Shown in pieces: positions 63,718 to 64,000 of a stretch of 64,000 bases of DNA. The first letter of the stretch is position 1. Each line of letters starts with the position of its first letter. The notes under the pieces were generated by a model. It was not told where the DNA came from. It saw only the letters and a list, made by a program, of their open reading frames with translations, and did no database searches. Source of the stretch: Octopus sinensis (Eukaryota). The DNA lies in NCBI RefSeq assembly GCF_006345805.1, contig NC_043014.1, positions 15,686,001 to 15,750,000 on the forward strand. Reading direction: 5' to 3'. Both the position numbers and the translations under genes were made by a program.

Positions 63718-63749
63718 CGCGAGAAAGAAGCAACAAGAATGGATAGGTT

Positions 63750-63834
63750 TTTAGTACAATCGTTTCATACAAGGACAGGCTTTATTAAAAGTTGCAAAAA
63801 TTACAGCATATAAACGTGTCCCGTACTCATCAGC

Positions 63835-63838
<4 letters not shown>
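63750..63838 (-). ncRNA. Type I hammerhead ribozyme motif with extended helix II
   Basis: Minus strand: TTTAG CTGATGA GTACGGGACA [39 nt] TGTCCTTGTAT GAAAC GATT GTA|CTAAA. All three helices can be drawn. Predicted cleavage between 63755 and 63754. Confidence 0.75.
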
Positions 63839-63874
<36 letters not shown>

Positions 63875-64000
63875 CTTTCTTTTCCTTCAGGGCTGTCATA
63901 AAGACTGCACAAACCTATCTGTCTCTCTCTCTCTCTTCTATCTTTTCTCTATTCAAAGACAATATTTCTCCAGCATTCACTATTTTACCTTCGTCTTGTC

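Noticed and set aside
1-64000. CRISPR arrays, rRNA genes, prokaryotic operons or telomeric arrays
   Set aside because: No regularly spaced repeat-spacer arrays, rRNA-like sequence, dense coding regions or (TTAGGG)n were seen. The window is eukaryotic repeat-rich DNA.

Overview
AT-rich, repeat-dense animal genomic DNA, probably intergenic or within a large intron. The SINE, RTE, Penelope and mariner content looks like an Octopus (coleoid cephalopod) genome; this is inferred from repeat recognition, not from a search. No protein-coding host gene can be supported. The long ORFs come from microsatellites or decayed transposons. Contents: several tRNA-derived SINE families (many nested), RTE, Tx1/L1-clade and R4/Dong-like LINE fragments, Penelope-like element (PLE) fragments, five mariner/maT relics, several MITEs, a solo LTR, a degenerate tRNA-Gly(GCC) gene and a near-identical 1.6 kb tandem duplication. 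Highlights: (1) a near-intact Type I hammerhead ribozyme with an unusually long helix II, in a ~120 bp insert within a (TA)n tract at 63750-63838 (-), plus three more decayed hammerhead remnants; (2) a SINE whose last ~43 nt match the 3' end of a Tx1-clade LINE in the same window; (3) a perfect 27-bp SINE-derived hairpin; (4) an RTE insertion with a twin-priming-like 5' inversion. All folding and alignment was done by eye, and coordinates of decayed elements are approximate.
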